Origin: Felis catus | Lineage: Eukaryota | Assembly (NCBI RefSeq): GCF_018350175.1 | Contig: NC_058382.1 | Coordinates: 17,484,001-17,548,000 of the forward strand | Direction of reading: 5' to 3' | Length of the DNA: 64,000 nucleotides | In this document: positions 12,001-28,842 of the stretch, piece by piece | Layout: each line of letters opens with the position of its first letter | Numbering within the stretch: the first letter of the stretch is position 1 | Translations under genes and position numbers: made by a program | The notes under the pieces: generated by a model | What the model saw: the letters and a program-made list of their open reading frames with translations, nothing else | Told to the model about the DNA's origin: nothing | The model's database searches: none

Positions 12001-14649
12001 ATGAGCCAGAAGAAGAAAAGGAGAAGGGATCCCGCATAGAGGGAGCAGGTATAAAGGCCCAAAGGGCAGAGAGAATCTTCATTTATCCAGGTATTCCAAC
12101 TTTGACTTATTTATTTATCTGGTGTCCCTCAGTCTCTATGTGGACCCAGCCTCTCCTTGGGAATAAAGGGCTGTGTGTGAGCCCAGACCCACTCTTATGG
12201 AGCTTTTCTAATGAGAGACAGCCAATAAAGTAAATCCACAGTTAAGATAATTTCTGGTAGCAACAGAGGCTTTGAAAACCATTAAATGCTTGGATTTAGG
12301 GGAGCCTGGCTGGCTCAGTCAGTAGAGCATATGACTCTTGATCTTGGGGTCATGAGTTTGAGCGCCACATTGGACTCTGTGATTACTTAAAAAACATTTT
12401 TTTTAACTTAAATAAGTTTGGATTTAGTAAATTTCCCCTGGCTGAAGGCAAATGCAGTTTTAGCTGCTGGGGTGTTCCAAAGACTTCTCTGAGGAGCTGA
12501 TATCTGAGCTGAGAGAGGAGGGAGCTCACACACAACAATATGGAGACAGAGGAGACAGCAGGTTCAGAGGCCAAGAGGAGGGAAGGGGTAGTGTCACCAG
12601 AGGACGAAGGGGAGAGGTCAGTAAGGGGCTGGATCATACCAGACATGTAGGCCACCGGAAGGAATCTGAATCTAGTTTCTTACACAGTGAGGAACTGTAA
12701 AAGTCACATTGCGTTTCCTAATCAAGAGTCTTGCATGCATCAGCCCTGCCTGTAAAGCTTTCTGTGCATGATCTTGTCAAATCCATGTGACAATTCTGAA
12801 AGCAGAATGGGTTGGCTCTTCCCATTATAGAACCCAGAAGACTGTAGGAGGCTCAGAGAGGTGAAACCTTTGGTTTGAAGATAAGAACAATAATGACAAT
12901 CTGCCTCTGAGAGAAGCAGTATAGTACAGTGGTTAGAAGCTCAGGCAAACCTCAGCTTTCCTGCTTTCCAGCTGGGGGACCTGCGGCCACTGATCCCACC
13001 TCTCTGGGTATCAGTTTCTTCATGTGTAAAATGGAGCTAGTAACAGTACCCACCTCATGTTGTATGAGGATTAAACTAATTAAAATCTGTAAAGCCCTTA
13101 GAAGAAGCCTTGGTGCATTCCAAGTGCTGTCTGTGTGCCAGGCACTATTCTGATCCCCACACCAATCCTCCAAAATAGGCACTATTAACTCACCCATTTT
13201 ATAGGCAAGGAACCAGAACTTTGAGAGTGAAGCAGCCTCACACAATGATAATAGCCACGAGGGCTCACCACAACTAAACAAATTTACATACATTACAGAT
13301 GTTTCAACCAGACAGCCAGGCTCTAAGGTGCATTATTCTCTCCATTTTGCAGACGAAACTAAGGCCTAGGAGGTCATTTGACCAAAGTTACAAGACAATA
13401 ATAGTCAACACTAGCTGATCCCTCACTCAGCACCAGGCCCTGTTCTGAGGCTATAACAGCCCTGTCCAGTAGACCTTTCTGTGATGATGGAAATATTGTG
13501 TCTGTATTGTCTAGTAAAGTAGCCATAAGCCACATGTGGCTACTAGCCCTTGAAATGTGGCTAGTGCAACCAGGAAAACTAAATTTAATTTTAATTTCAG
13601 TTAATTTAAATTGTTGTATGTGGCTAATGGCTGTTTATTGCATTGGACAGGGAAGCTCTATAACCATTCTATAAGGTAGGTGTGATTTCTGTTCCCATTT
13701 CATAGATGAGGACACTGAGGCACAGTGATGTTAAGTCATATAGCCAATAAATGGTAATGTCCAAACAGATTTGAGCTTAGGGCTCCCTCATCCACTCACC
13801 AGGGCTGTGCCAGGGATCTGTCATGGCCCCCCAAGGACCACCCCCGCCAAACCATATCCTCCCTTGTTTCCTCAGACGGGCACACTTCGGTTCTGCGGGA
13901 CCACGGAGTTCGCCAGTGGCCAGTGGGTGGGCGTGGAGCTGGATGAACCCGAGGGCAAGAATGATGGCAGTGTTGGGGGTGTCCGGTACTTCATCTGCCC
14001 TCCCAAGCAGGGTCAGTCCCACCTGGGGCTCAAATGGGGTGGTGGTGGGGTCCACTCAGTAGTTCTGATGCTGCTGACTGGGTAATGGGGGTAGGGAGAT
14101 GATGACTGGGCAGAGGGCAGAGGCTTGGACAGCTCCCAGCCCACGTTCTGTCCCCGCAGGTCTCTTTGCCTCTGTGTCCAAGATCTCCAAAGTAGTGGAT
14201 GCACCCCCCTCATCAGTCACCTCCACACCTCGGACTCCTCGGATGGACTTTTCCCGTGTCACTGGGAAAGGCCGCAGGGAACATAAAGGTCAGAGGGGAG
14301 CCTTCTGGGTAGGAGGAGAGCCAATTTGAGGATATTCTGTGGGTAGCCCAGCTTCAGTGACTCAGTTTATCCTCAGGCCCAAACTCCTGTTTTAGAAGAG
14401 AATCTCTTGAGTTCTTCACTTCTATGACTCTGTTTCTCCTTTGACTTGGCACTGCCCACCCACCCCCAGTTCCTGAAAAGATCTGGGGGTTCTCTGTTTT
14501 CTATGACTTAGTTTCCCCTCAGGCCCAAGGGTTTTTCCCCAGTTTTAGGGAAGAATCTGTGGGGTTCCTGGATTTAGTGACTTGATTTATCTTCACACCC
14601 AACCTTTTCCTTCATTTTATTTATTTATTTTTAAATGTTTATTTATTTT

Positions 14650-14686
<37 letters not shown>

Positions 14687-16627
14687 TGCACATGTACATG
14701 CAGGTGAGGGGCAGAGAGAAGGGGGGAGAAAGAATCCTAAGCAGGCTCCATGAAGAGCCCGATGCAGAGCTTGATCTCATGACCCTGTGATCATGACCTG
14801 AGCCAAAATCAAGAGTCAGACGCTTAACCGACTGAACCACCAAGGTGCCCCTACTTCCTTCACCTTGAAAGGATAATTTCTGGGCTCCTTACTTTTGTGA
14901 CTCAGTTTTTCTTTTGACCCAAATAACTTCAGCTTTGAGAAAGGATTTGGGGGTTCTCCAGGTTCTTGACCCTCATGCCTAACCCCCACCCCCAGTTTTC
15001 TTACAGTTGAGATTGTTTCCTTTCAAGCCTAAAGCCCCCCAGTTCTTGGGAAGGCTCTAGAGTTCCTGACAGGAGCCAGGACAGAGTTTCTACCTTGGGT
15101 CTTTTTGGGTGGCATGGGGTCCCCAGGGCTGGCATCTGGGGGCCCCACTCCCTCCCCATGTACCCTTTACCCCAGGCAAGAAGAAGCCCCCGTCATCCCC
15201 ATCTCTGGGGAGCCTGCAGCAGCGAGAGGGAGCCAAGGCTGAGGTTGGAGACCAAGTCCTCGTTGCTGGCCAGAAGCAAGGGATTGTGCGCTTCTATGGG
15301 AAGACAGACTTTGCCCCAGGTGAGGACAGTGATCTGGGGGGTAGGGTGGGGGCAGGCAGGCAGGGCCTTGAGGCATCCTGACACCTTACTGCTGCAGGTT
15401 ACTGGTATGGCATTGAGCTAGACCAGCCCACTGGAAAGCATGATGGCTCTGTCTTCGGTGTCCGGTACTTTACCTGTCCCCCGCGGCATGGAGTCTTTGC
15501 ACCAGCATCCCGAATTCAGAGGTGAGCCCAAACTCTAACCCAAACCCAGGGCACTTCCCAGAACCCTGATTCCCCTGTTAGATGTCTCTTCCTCTTGTAC
15601 CAGCAGGACAGTGTGGATACCCACCTCCACACCGTAGCTCTTTCTGCATAGGCCCCATGGGTTCAGCTCCTCTTGTGACTCTGACTTCTCCTACTCTTCT
15701 TATGTCTCCCCAGGATTGGTGGATCCACTGACCCCCCTGGGGACAATGTGGGAGCCAAAAAAGTGCATCAAGTGACAAGTGAGTTGGGGCTGGAGTGTAA
15801 GAGGTAGAGGAGGAGTGAAGGTTTGGGGATAGGAGGGTCATGGGTTTTCAGGTATATGCTGGTGGCAAAATCTCCAGTATTTCACAGGGGACATGGGGTC
15901 CAGGAAAATGATGAGACAGGATCCCGAAGAGGATAGATGCTATGGGGTATGGGGATGTTAACAACAAGGCTCTGGGCAGGCACTGGGGACATGAGTAGGT
16001 ATTGAGGGACACAGAATATTATTGATAAGAGGTCCAGATGGGTATTGGAATGTGGGGTCGAGGTGGATACTGGGGACATGGACAAGTATTAATGACAAGG
16101 AGTCTGGTTGGGTATTGAGGGTCTGTCATCCTGTCACCTGAGACCTTGCCCTCTCCTTCAGTGACACAGCCCAAACGCACTTTCACGACAGTCCGGACCC
16201 CAAAGGACATCGCATCAGAGAACTCCATCTCCAGGTGTGTAGCCAACCCTTGGCCCACCTCCTGTAGGATGTTCAGGGAGAGGTTGCACAAGGCTGGTGG
16301 ACACAGGGATCTGGACTTCTGGTTGGGGCTGGAAATAGAGGTTAGGAAAACTAGTGGCTAATCAGCCTACCCAGAAACAGTTTTTAGGGAGTGAGCTCCC
16401 ACACTGAATTCTGGGGACTTTCACCCTTATGGGGCAGGTAGAGGAGGCAGAACACCTTCCACGGCACAGGAGTCTGAGAGGGCATAGCCAGACAAGTAGA
16501 GACAGAATCCAGAAAGGCCAAATCCAGATGTTCCCTGCATCAAGGCGTGATGGATATGATTCTCCTTTCCAGGTTGCTCTTCTGCTGCTGGTTTCCCTGG
16601 ATGCTGAGGGCAGAGATGCAGTCTTAG
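6050..16627 (+). CDS. CLIP3: CAP-Gly domain-containing linker protein 3 (CLIPR-59): ankyrin repeats, two CAP-Gly domains, C-terminal palmitoylated CC motif
   Basis: Coding exons 6050-6215 (partly N), 9174-9313, 9393-9486, 9698-9859, 10313-10431, 11330-11566, 13876-14011, 14160-14288, 15176-15319, 15398-15521, 15714-15778, 16162-16234, 16573-16627; total 1644 nt = 547 aa. Starts [10 protein letters not shown], has GKNDG and GKHDG CAP-Gly motifs, ends [17 protein letters not shown]. All introns GT-AG. Confidence 0.98.
12299..12395 (+). mobile_element. Short Can-SINE
   Basis: GGGGAGCCTGGCTGGCTCAGTCAGTAGAGCAT head, short body, A tail. Confidence 0.75.
13458..13652. mobile_element. MER3-like hAT MITE
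   Basis: Inverted termini CCCTGTCCA...TGGACAGGG and internal AGCCACATGTGGCT palindrome. Confidence 0.6.
14617..14851 (-). mobile_element. Can-SINE with (GA)n in a CLIP3 intron
   Basis: Reverse SINE head at 14851, GA tract, T-rich tail. Confidence 0.85.
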
Positions 16628-18105
16628 AGGCCTGGATACCTGACAGAGTCACAGAGTCCCCTCTAGCATCTCCTGACACAAGGAGCCCCTGAATCACCCT
16701 GAGATAGAGATTCCCAGTAACACATCCAGAATAGAGACCCCATTAGCCAGCCCTGGATCACTGAGGCCCCATTATTAACAGATTCCCTCATGATAACCCC
16801 CAAATACAGACCCCAAGGTACCCAGAAAGAGATTCCTTGAGTGTAGCACCTTCAGGCTAGTCCCTATCCCCAACCCCTCAGAGCAGACCCCCAATAACAT
16901 ATTTCCACATCACCTCAAATGATGGTGACCTCTACATAATGCTCCAGAGCAGAACATTCCTGAATCATTCATTACTGGATCAGAACCCTCCCCCATTAAC
17001 AAAGACTCCTCCTCTGTCAAGTCCCCTTGAAATAAACATAGGTCATGCCTCCAGAGCAACAGAGTAACAGACCTACATTTAACATCAGTCCCCTCAAGAT
17101 GTTGTGACCCCCCCATGGTCACCCCAAAAGCTTACACTGCAATCAGAAACTCCCTACATTAACAAAGACCCCTGTTCTTACAGAAGAGACACACATTAAC
17201 CAGTCCACTGTCACCCCCAATTTACAGACACCAAAACAGTCCTGGAAGTGCTAATTACAGGACCCCTAAGTCTTCCTACCCTCTGCGCCCTCAAGAAACC
17301 CCCAGTGCCTTGTATGAAGCCCACCCCACATGGCCCACAGCCCCTGTGCTGGTCAGGCTCCCAGAAAATTCTCTATTTTTTAAGTAACGACTTCCCCCTT
17401 TGGGGGACCCCAAAATTTAGAGGCCCCATTCTGTGACTCTCGGGATCCCAAACCCCAGAGTACAAGTCCCATACTCCCCTGTGTCCCCAAGTCCTACAGC
17501 CCCTAGAGGATCCCAAGGCCCTAACTACCAGGATCCTCAAATCATGGAATCCCCAAATCCCCAGGGAATCCCAAATTAAAAAATTCAATCCCAAGCCCCC
17601 AGGAAACCCCAATCACGGAGGTCCTTGTGCCTGGGATGGAGGAGACTGCAGTGAGGATATGCATCCCGGGCTCCCAGGGCACCTCAAGCCCACTTCATAG
17701 GCACCAGGAGACCCCGAACAGGAATTCTCATCCCTGGAAACTGGAGCACTTCAATGCCCTGAGTCGTTGGATCTCAAGACACCCAAATGCAAAGAGCCCC
17801 AGCCCCAAGGGAACCCCACATCCTAAAGCCTCCATCTCTAATACATGAAGGGCCCCAAGGCCTTGAGGGGATCCCAAATCCTGGAACCCCTATTTCAATC
17901 TATGTTCTGGTCACAGGTCCAAAACACCAAATCTGAGTCACTGGCCCCAAAGGACCTCACAGCACTCGAGCCAGACCAACGGCCTGAGGGAGAACCTGAA
18001 GGCCCAGGGGGTCCAGGGTGGACCCGGGGCCCTGACCACCAAGGACAGCTCACGACTGCCCCTTCACTGCATGTCCCTGAATTCAGCATGACCCCTGTCC
18101 CCTTC

Positions 18106-18111
18106 AATAAA
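18106..18111 (+). terminator. CLIP3 polyadenylation signal AATAAA
   Basis: AATAAA ~1.5 kb after the stop, followed by GT-rich sequence, just before the ALKBH6 promoter. Confidence 0.75.
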
Positions 18112-18349
18112 GATGTTTCTATGGTTTCTCTGTGTACGGTCAGTATTTGGAAAGTTGTGGGCCTCCCTCCTTATTGCTGGGGAAGTACGAGGGAGGAAGT
18201 CGTTCCTTCAATCCATTCTCCCTGCAGCTGGGGTATGGAATGATTCAGCCTGCGGGAAGTCGTTGTGACAGTCTAGTCTTCCAGCGGGTTCCCCTCCCAT
18301 CTGGCCCCGTTCCAAGGGTACCCCTCCCATCTGGGCCCACTCCACTGTG

Positions 18350-18600
18350 TGGGCGGGTTGGGTTCTGGAGTTCTGATTGGTCAGTACCAGATGAAGGCCC
18401 GTCTCCGAAGGATCCCCAGTGGCTCAGAGGCCAGGAGGTGCAGCCTATCATAGACGAGAGTGAAGGGGCGGGGCAATAGTGGGTGAGAGCTCCGATTGGG
18501 TGGAAGGCGGACCCTTAGGACCTTTGAGAGTTCCCGTTGGTTTGAGAAAACGTGCGTCAGGAACGTGGAGCGGAAGTGACTGGGAAGGGAATGGGGTAGT
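18350..18600 (+). promoter_or_regulatory. ALKBH6 promoter / non-coding exon 1 region
   Basis: GC boxes (GGGCGGG ~18351, ~18466), inverted CCAAT (GATTGG ~18375, ~18494), ETS CGGAAGTG 18571-18578. Confidence 0.6.
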
Positions 18601-19419
18601 TTAATTCGGGTATTGGAGGGGTACTCTGGTGGACGGTCAGATTTGGGGGTGGCTGGGGGGCGGAGATGGGTGTCCAAGAGGGCTGAGAATGGGGATCTAG
18701 GGAAGCTCAGATGGGAGTCCAGGGAAACTCAGAGTGTGGAATTCTAGAAAACTCGGGGTGGAGAGTCTAAGGGGTTCAGGTAGGGAAGAAGGTTTGAGAG
18801 GAGTCAAGCTCCGGACTAAAGGCCCAAGGTTGCTACAGGGAAGGGGCGCTCGGGAGGGGAAGTGTGAAGGGGTCCGGAGTGGGGGGATCCGAGGAGACTG
18901 AGAGTGGACCTGTCTGAGGAGACTCAGATTGGGGGCACGCGGGTGTTCAGAATGGGACATCTGAAAGGGCTCGAGGCGGCAGGAGGGTGCATGGGGAGTT
19001 TGAATGTTGTTAGAGACCCAGACTCATGGTCGCAGGTTTGAAGTTGTTAGGATGGCGTCTCAAACTGAAGGGGCTTTGGGGTGCAGCCCTGGAGGCTATG
19101 CGTGGAGCTCTTGGGAAAGGCTCCCAGTGAGGTCAGAGGATATTCTCTGTGAGAGGCTTAAGGGGCAGAAATGTGTAGTTTCGTGGGCCATTGTGGATGA
19201 AGTTTGGGGCAGTGTTCTGGGTACTCACTGTGTCCGGGTGGCTTTTGAGATGCTGAGGACTCAGGTTTTAGAAACCAAGTGAGTTTCACTGTAGGGCCAA
19301 GGTGAGGCCCTGGCCCTTGATAAAGCAGAAAATGGGATCATAGCCTGAGAGTGGGAGGCTTGGTGACTTCAGAGTATCCTCCCCTCCCCCACAGGACTGG
19401 GTGCATGGAGTTGGTGTCC

Positions 19420-23949
<4,530 letters not shown>

Positions 23950-24109
23950 TGCCAGGCGCCCGCCCTGCTCACATTCCCGGGCTCTCCACCTCCTGACAGC
24001 TGTGACCCTGTGACCTTGGAACCCTGGGGCAGAGATGGCTCCCCCCCCCCCCCGGGTTATTTATTTTCCCAGTAACTTTGTGGGAACTACAGGAAGAGGC
24101 CCCATTTCA

Positions 24110-24115
24110 AATAAA
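24110..24115 (+). terminator. ALKBH6 polyadenylation signal AATAAA
   Basis: AATAAA 160 nt after the stop, followed by T/GT-rich sequence. Confidence 0.75.
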
Positions 24116-24571
24116 CCAACAAAAATCTTTCTTTGGTTTTGGATGGAGTGGGGGGGGGGGGCGGGGGCAGATGCGGGTTCCTGAGGGGTACGGTGTCTGG
24201 GACCTTGGATGGTGTGGGTCCTGGGGTCAGATGTACAGGTCCCTGAGTGGGGCAGAATCCATGGCTCGTGAGGGGTCAGGGTTGTATCGGGAAACCCCTT
24301 AGGTGGGATGAGTGGGGTGAACCTGGGAGGTTCTGCTAACTGGCAGGCTAGGGAAGAAGGAGTTAAGTGGTGCTGCTGCCACCTGAGCCGGGCATCAAAT
24401 GACCTGAGTCCAGTTCTGCTAGTGAGGAGGTGGAGTTGAGCCTGCCCCCAGGCCTCTGGCTGCCTCAGGCCTGTGTGAGTCCTGCTGAGGAGGTCTGGGG
24501 GGATGCCCCTGGCCAGGAAAAGAGCTCTCACTGGGGATCCTCACTGACTCTCTGTCTCCAGGCTCCCAGCT

Positions 24572-27500
24572 ATGGCCCTCCCCCCACCTCTGGGCCCTAG
24601 ATTCCCCTCAGAGCCCCTCAACTACCCCGCTGGAGCCCCTAGGGAACTGGACATTGCTAGATGCACCATCTGCCCTGCATCTGGAGAGAAGAGAATCAGG
24701 TAGGGGCTGGGCTTTGGAACTTAGGTCCCAAAAGGGTGGGGGCAGTAGCAGGGGCATTTTGAGGGGGGAAGGTGCTATGGCTATGATCACCTAGGGACAT
24801 GGGAGGGGCACCTAAGGACAGGGGTAGGGTAGGGTGGATAATGGACACCTAGGCTCAGCCAGAGGCCTGTCAATGCCTCCTACCTCCCAGACCAGAACAG
24901 GCCCAGAAACTGGGGCAAGACTCCTTGGACCCTCCCGAACACTTCCAGGGTGGGCTGAGGGGCACTGAGCCTGCTGCTGGTCCCCTGAGATTGCCAGCAC
25001 CCTCTTCCAGTGAGGACCCAGCTGGGGGCAGACACCGTGAGGTGAGCTGAGGTGATCCAGGCCCCCTTGTGCCAGCCCCCACCTCCTCTCCCCCAGAATT
25101 TGGCCTCCAAACTGGGCATGAGGTGATGATTCTGGAAAAGTGTTGGGCATCTGTGGGGGGAGGGACACTCCAGAAAATGATTCTTTACCAATCACTATAG
25201 AAAATCTTGGGGCGCCTGGGTGGCGCAGTCGGTTAAGCGTCCGACTTCAGCCAGGTCACGATCTCGCGGTCCGGGAGTTCGAGCCCCGCGTCGGGCTCTG
25301 GGCTGATGGCTCAGAGCCTGGAGCCTGTTTCCGATTCTGTGTCTCCCTCTCTCTCTGCCCCTCCCCCGTTCATGCTCTGTCTCTCTCTGTCTCAAAAATA
25401 AATAAATGTTAAAAAAAAAAAAATCTTTATTATTTTGCCAACTGGGAGAGAATTAGCTCGTCATTGACCCTGGTGCAGTCCCATTCCTTGTGAGGATATC
25501 CAGCCCCATCACCCACTCTCTGTTCAGACCCCCAGGCCCCTTATGTCCACACTTCTAGGAGCCTTGAAAACCTGGAGATTCTGTCCAGGCCCGACTCCAC
25601 TGGGAAGGACTCCAGGTGGGAGCAGCCCTGGTGCAGACCAGAGATGGACTCTGCTACAGAAGGAGCCTGCAGAAGAGGGGTGGCAATGGAAGTGGGGGCA
25701 AGGTCTGGGTTGGCCCACCGACCCTGACTCAGTCCCCTGTGTTCCCCAGCACCTCATCTCTGGCCAGGAAGTATTGGAGGCTGAGCAGGACAGCCTATCC
25801 CTTTGCCTGTTGGGGCTGGGCCTCCGGCTGCAGGACCTAGAACAAGGCTTGGGGCCCTGGGCATCAGCCCAGAGCGGGATGGTCCAGCTGCAGGTGGGCA
25901 GTGGGAGGCAACGGTATGGGAGGGTGGGCGGGGCCTCAGGAATGGGTACCAGCTTCCTGGGATGGGAAATGCGTGTACTCCATGTTCTAGGTGTCTGGGT
26001 AAGAGAAGGGGGAAGGGATATAACTCCAGGTAGCTGATCTCTGGTGCTCCTGGTGTGTGGGTGGGGGGTGGGAGTGGTGTCCAACCTTCTGTCCCCAGGC
26101 CCTACAGGCAGACCTATGTGGAGCAGCTGAGCGTGTAGATGCACTGCTGGCATTCGGTGAGGGGCTGGCACAGCGGAGTGAGCCTCAGGCCCGGGCATCC
26201 CTGGAGCAGGTCCTGAGGGCCCTCAGAGCCCACCGAGATGGCATCTTTCGGCGACTGTGGTGGCTGCAGGCCCAGCTGGTCAGCTACAGCCTGGTATGGC
26301 CCACCCTGGCAGTCCCCGCCCAAGGTACCAATTCCACAACCCCCATGACTCTGTCCTCTGACCAGGTGTTCGAGGAGGCCAGTACACTGGACCAGGACTT
26401 GGAAGTTGAGGGGGACTTGGACGGGCCAGGACCTGGTGGGGCCTGGGGGCCCTGGGCACCCAGTGGCCTCCCTACTCCTGCAGAGTTGGAGTGGGACCCG
26501 GCAGGGGATGTTGGAGGCCTCAGGCCCTTGGGGCGAAAGACAGCCTGGACACCAGGAGCTCCCTGTGAGCTATGTGGCCACAGGGTCCCCGAGGGCAGGG
26601 GACAAGGCCTTGAGGTGAGAGCAGGTAGGGGACACCCTTCCTCCACAGGCACCCTTGGGATACCTCTGTGTGCCTCCTAGTAGGGTACTTCCCTTTCAAG
26701 GGGGTCTCGGTGGCTCTGTGTCTCCATCTCTCTCAGTGTCTCTTTCTTGCTGTCTCAATGCTGTCCTCCCTCCCTCCCCCTGCCTCTCTCAGTCTCTGTG
26801 TCTTCCTCTATCTCAGCCTCCTGGTTTTTCAAACATTCCAAATTCACTCCTATTTCAAAGCCCCCAGACACATGCCCAGCTCACTTCCTCACTTCATTCC
26901 CGTCTCTCCCCAAATCTCACCTCTTCAGAGAGGCCTGTCCTGATCTCCAAACATTATCACTCCTTAACCTCTTTATTTTCTAACAGCACTTACCACATCT
27001 TGACATCGTACATTTATTTATTAATGTACAGTCTCTCTTTGCTAGAATATAAGCTCCGTGGATGCCAGGACTTTTCCTATTTGCATGCCCACCGCATCCT
27101 CAGATTCTAGAACAGTGCTGGCATGTAATGGACCCTCATTAAATATTTGTTGAGTGAATGAATAAGTAATGTCTCTTCTCGGTTTCTTCGACTCTGTCCC
27201 TCTCTTGTCTCTCCCTGAGATATTTTTCTTCCCCCGGAATCTCACCTCTGTGACAACCCCGTCTTGGCCTTTGCCCAACTTTGTGTCTGTCACTAGTTCT
27301 CTGAGAACTCCCACACCTTTATTTCCCCACAGGACATGCTCATGTCGGGCTTCAGCCACCGGAAACACTTAGCAGGTCAGCGAAGACGCTCCCTGCTCCG
27401 GAAGCCTCAGGTGAGATGGTCCTCAGCCAGCTGTATCACTCTGGAATTTTGATGGCAAGTGACAGAAACCTAACCCAAATGGAATTACACAAAAAAGGGG

Positions 27501-28446
27501 ATGTAATTTTTTTTATGTAACTGACAAGGCTGGGTGCTGCTGAAGAGATCTCAAATGCTGTCAGGGCTCAGTCCTTTCCTCTTTCAGGCTCTACTTCTCC
27601 AAGGTGGATTCTTTCTCAGCAAATGGCCACCCCAATACTCGCCCAATACTGAATACTCATTTCCCACTGGTATGCCCACCCAAGGAGAAGCAGGGTGCCA
27701 CCTACCTGCTGGCAGCAATGTCCCAGGGCTGCCTCCCACTTGCCCAGCTTGGGTCATGGCCTGCACCCTGAACCAATCACAGTGGCCAAACTGATGGAGT
27801 GCTCTCATTGGCCAGATCTGGCTCACATGCCCAGTCATGGAAGTGGAGACGTGTGGGGTCAGCCACATAAGAACCTGAAGGGCTGAGAGGGGGTCGGCAT
27901 GATACCCTCCACCCACTGTACAAATTGAGCCACTGTTACCAGGAGAAGGAAGACTGGATGGAGGGCAGGCACAGATATCCACTACACTGGAGAGGGTTGG
28001 GAGGGTTCCAGGAAAGAAGGAAAAATAAACTCAGCCCCATAGGTCTTATGGTAGGAAGGAAGAGTCCAGAGTAAGTGTCCCTTCCATCCATTCTGCTGCT
28101 GGCTGCTGTCTCCCCTTAGGACAAGAAGCAGGCATCTCCCAACCTGCAGGATGTGATGCTGGAGGTAGACCCTGGGTGAGATGCTCGGGAGATGGGTCTG
28201 GGGGTGGGGGGTACAGGGGCTCATAGTGGCAGCGCACCATAGTTTCAACATTGCATTTCTCTTCACAGAGCCCCTCCTCCTGCATCCAGGTGGTCCCTGA
28301 CCTTCCTCATTCTCCTCCTCTTCCTTCTCCTCGTGGGTGCCACATTGCTCCTGCCACCGTCAGGGGGGTCCTGCTGCTCTCCTGCCCGACTGGCCAGGAC
28401 ACCTCATCTGGTGCTCAGCTATGTCAATGGTCCCCCCCCAATCTGA
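24572..28446 (+). CDS. SYNE4: Nesprin-4 (KASH-domain outer nuclear membrane protein)
   Basis: Exons 24572-24699, 24891-25041, 25750-25893, 26099-26293, 26366-26614, 27333-27410, 28120-28175, 28269-28446; total 1179 nt = 392 aa. Contains the LEWD kinesin-1 motif, TM segment LTFLILLLFLLLVGATLLL and KASH end LVLSYVNGPPPI*. Confidence 0.96.
25209..25422 (+). mobile_element. Young felid Can-SINE in a SYNE4 intron
   Basis: Intact CpGs, clean poly(A), TSD AAAATCTT at 25201-25208 and 25420-25427. Confidence 0.92.
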
Positions 28447-28467
28447 GAACATGGCCCAGACATATGT

Positions 28468-28473
28468 AATAAA
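28468..28473 (+). terminator. SYNE4 polyadenylation signal AATAAA
   Basis: AATAAA 22 nt after the TGA stop. Confidence 0.7.
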
Positions 28474-28624
28474 TGGTCNNNNNNNNNNNNNNNNNNNNNN
28501 NNNNNNNNNNNNNNNNNNNNNNNNNNNNNNNNNNNNNNNNNNNNNNNNNNNNNNNNNNNNNNNNNNNNNNNNNNNNNNNNNNNNNNNNNNNNNNNNNNNN
28601 NNNNNNNNNNNNNNNNNNNNNNNN

Positions 28625-28842
28625 GAGCCTGCTTTCTGCTTCATAGATGGTCACCTTCTCACTATGTCCTTACATGACAGAAGGGGCAGGGAGCTCTCTT
28701 TTATAAGGATTCCAAATTCCTTTTATGGGGAATTCACTGTCACAACATAATTATTTCCCAAAGGCCTCACCTCCTAATATTATCACATTGGGGTATTAGG
28801 ACTTCAACATATGAATCTTGAGGGAGGCACAAACATTCAGAG
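28625..28842 (+). mobile_element. MaLR (MLT1-like) LTR fragment
   Basis: Typical MLT1 end CCCAAAGGCCTCACCTCCTAATATTATCACATTGGG..ACTTCAACATATGAAT..ACAAACATTCAG. Confidence 0.6.

Noticed and set aside
19405-19419. Upstream in-frame ATG adding MELVS to ALKBH6
   Set aside because: Possible but trivial; the 238-aa form from 19420 matches the known protein and usage cannot be judged from sequence
25209-25300. tRNA-like A/B box sequence
   Set aside because: It is the tRNA-derived head of a Can-SINE, not a tRNA gene; the same applies to the other copies
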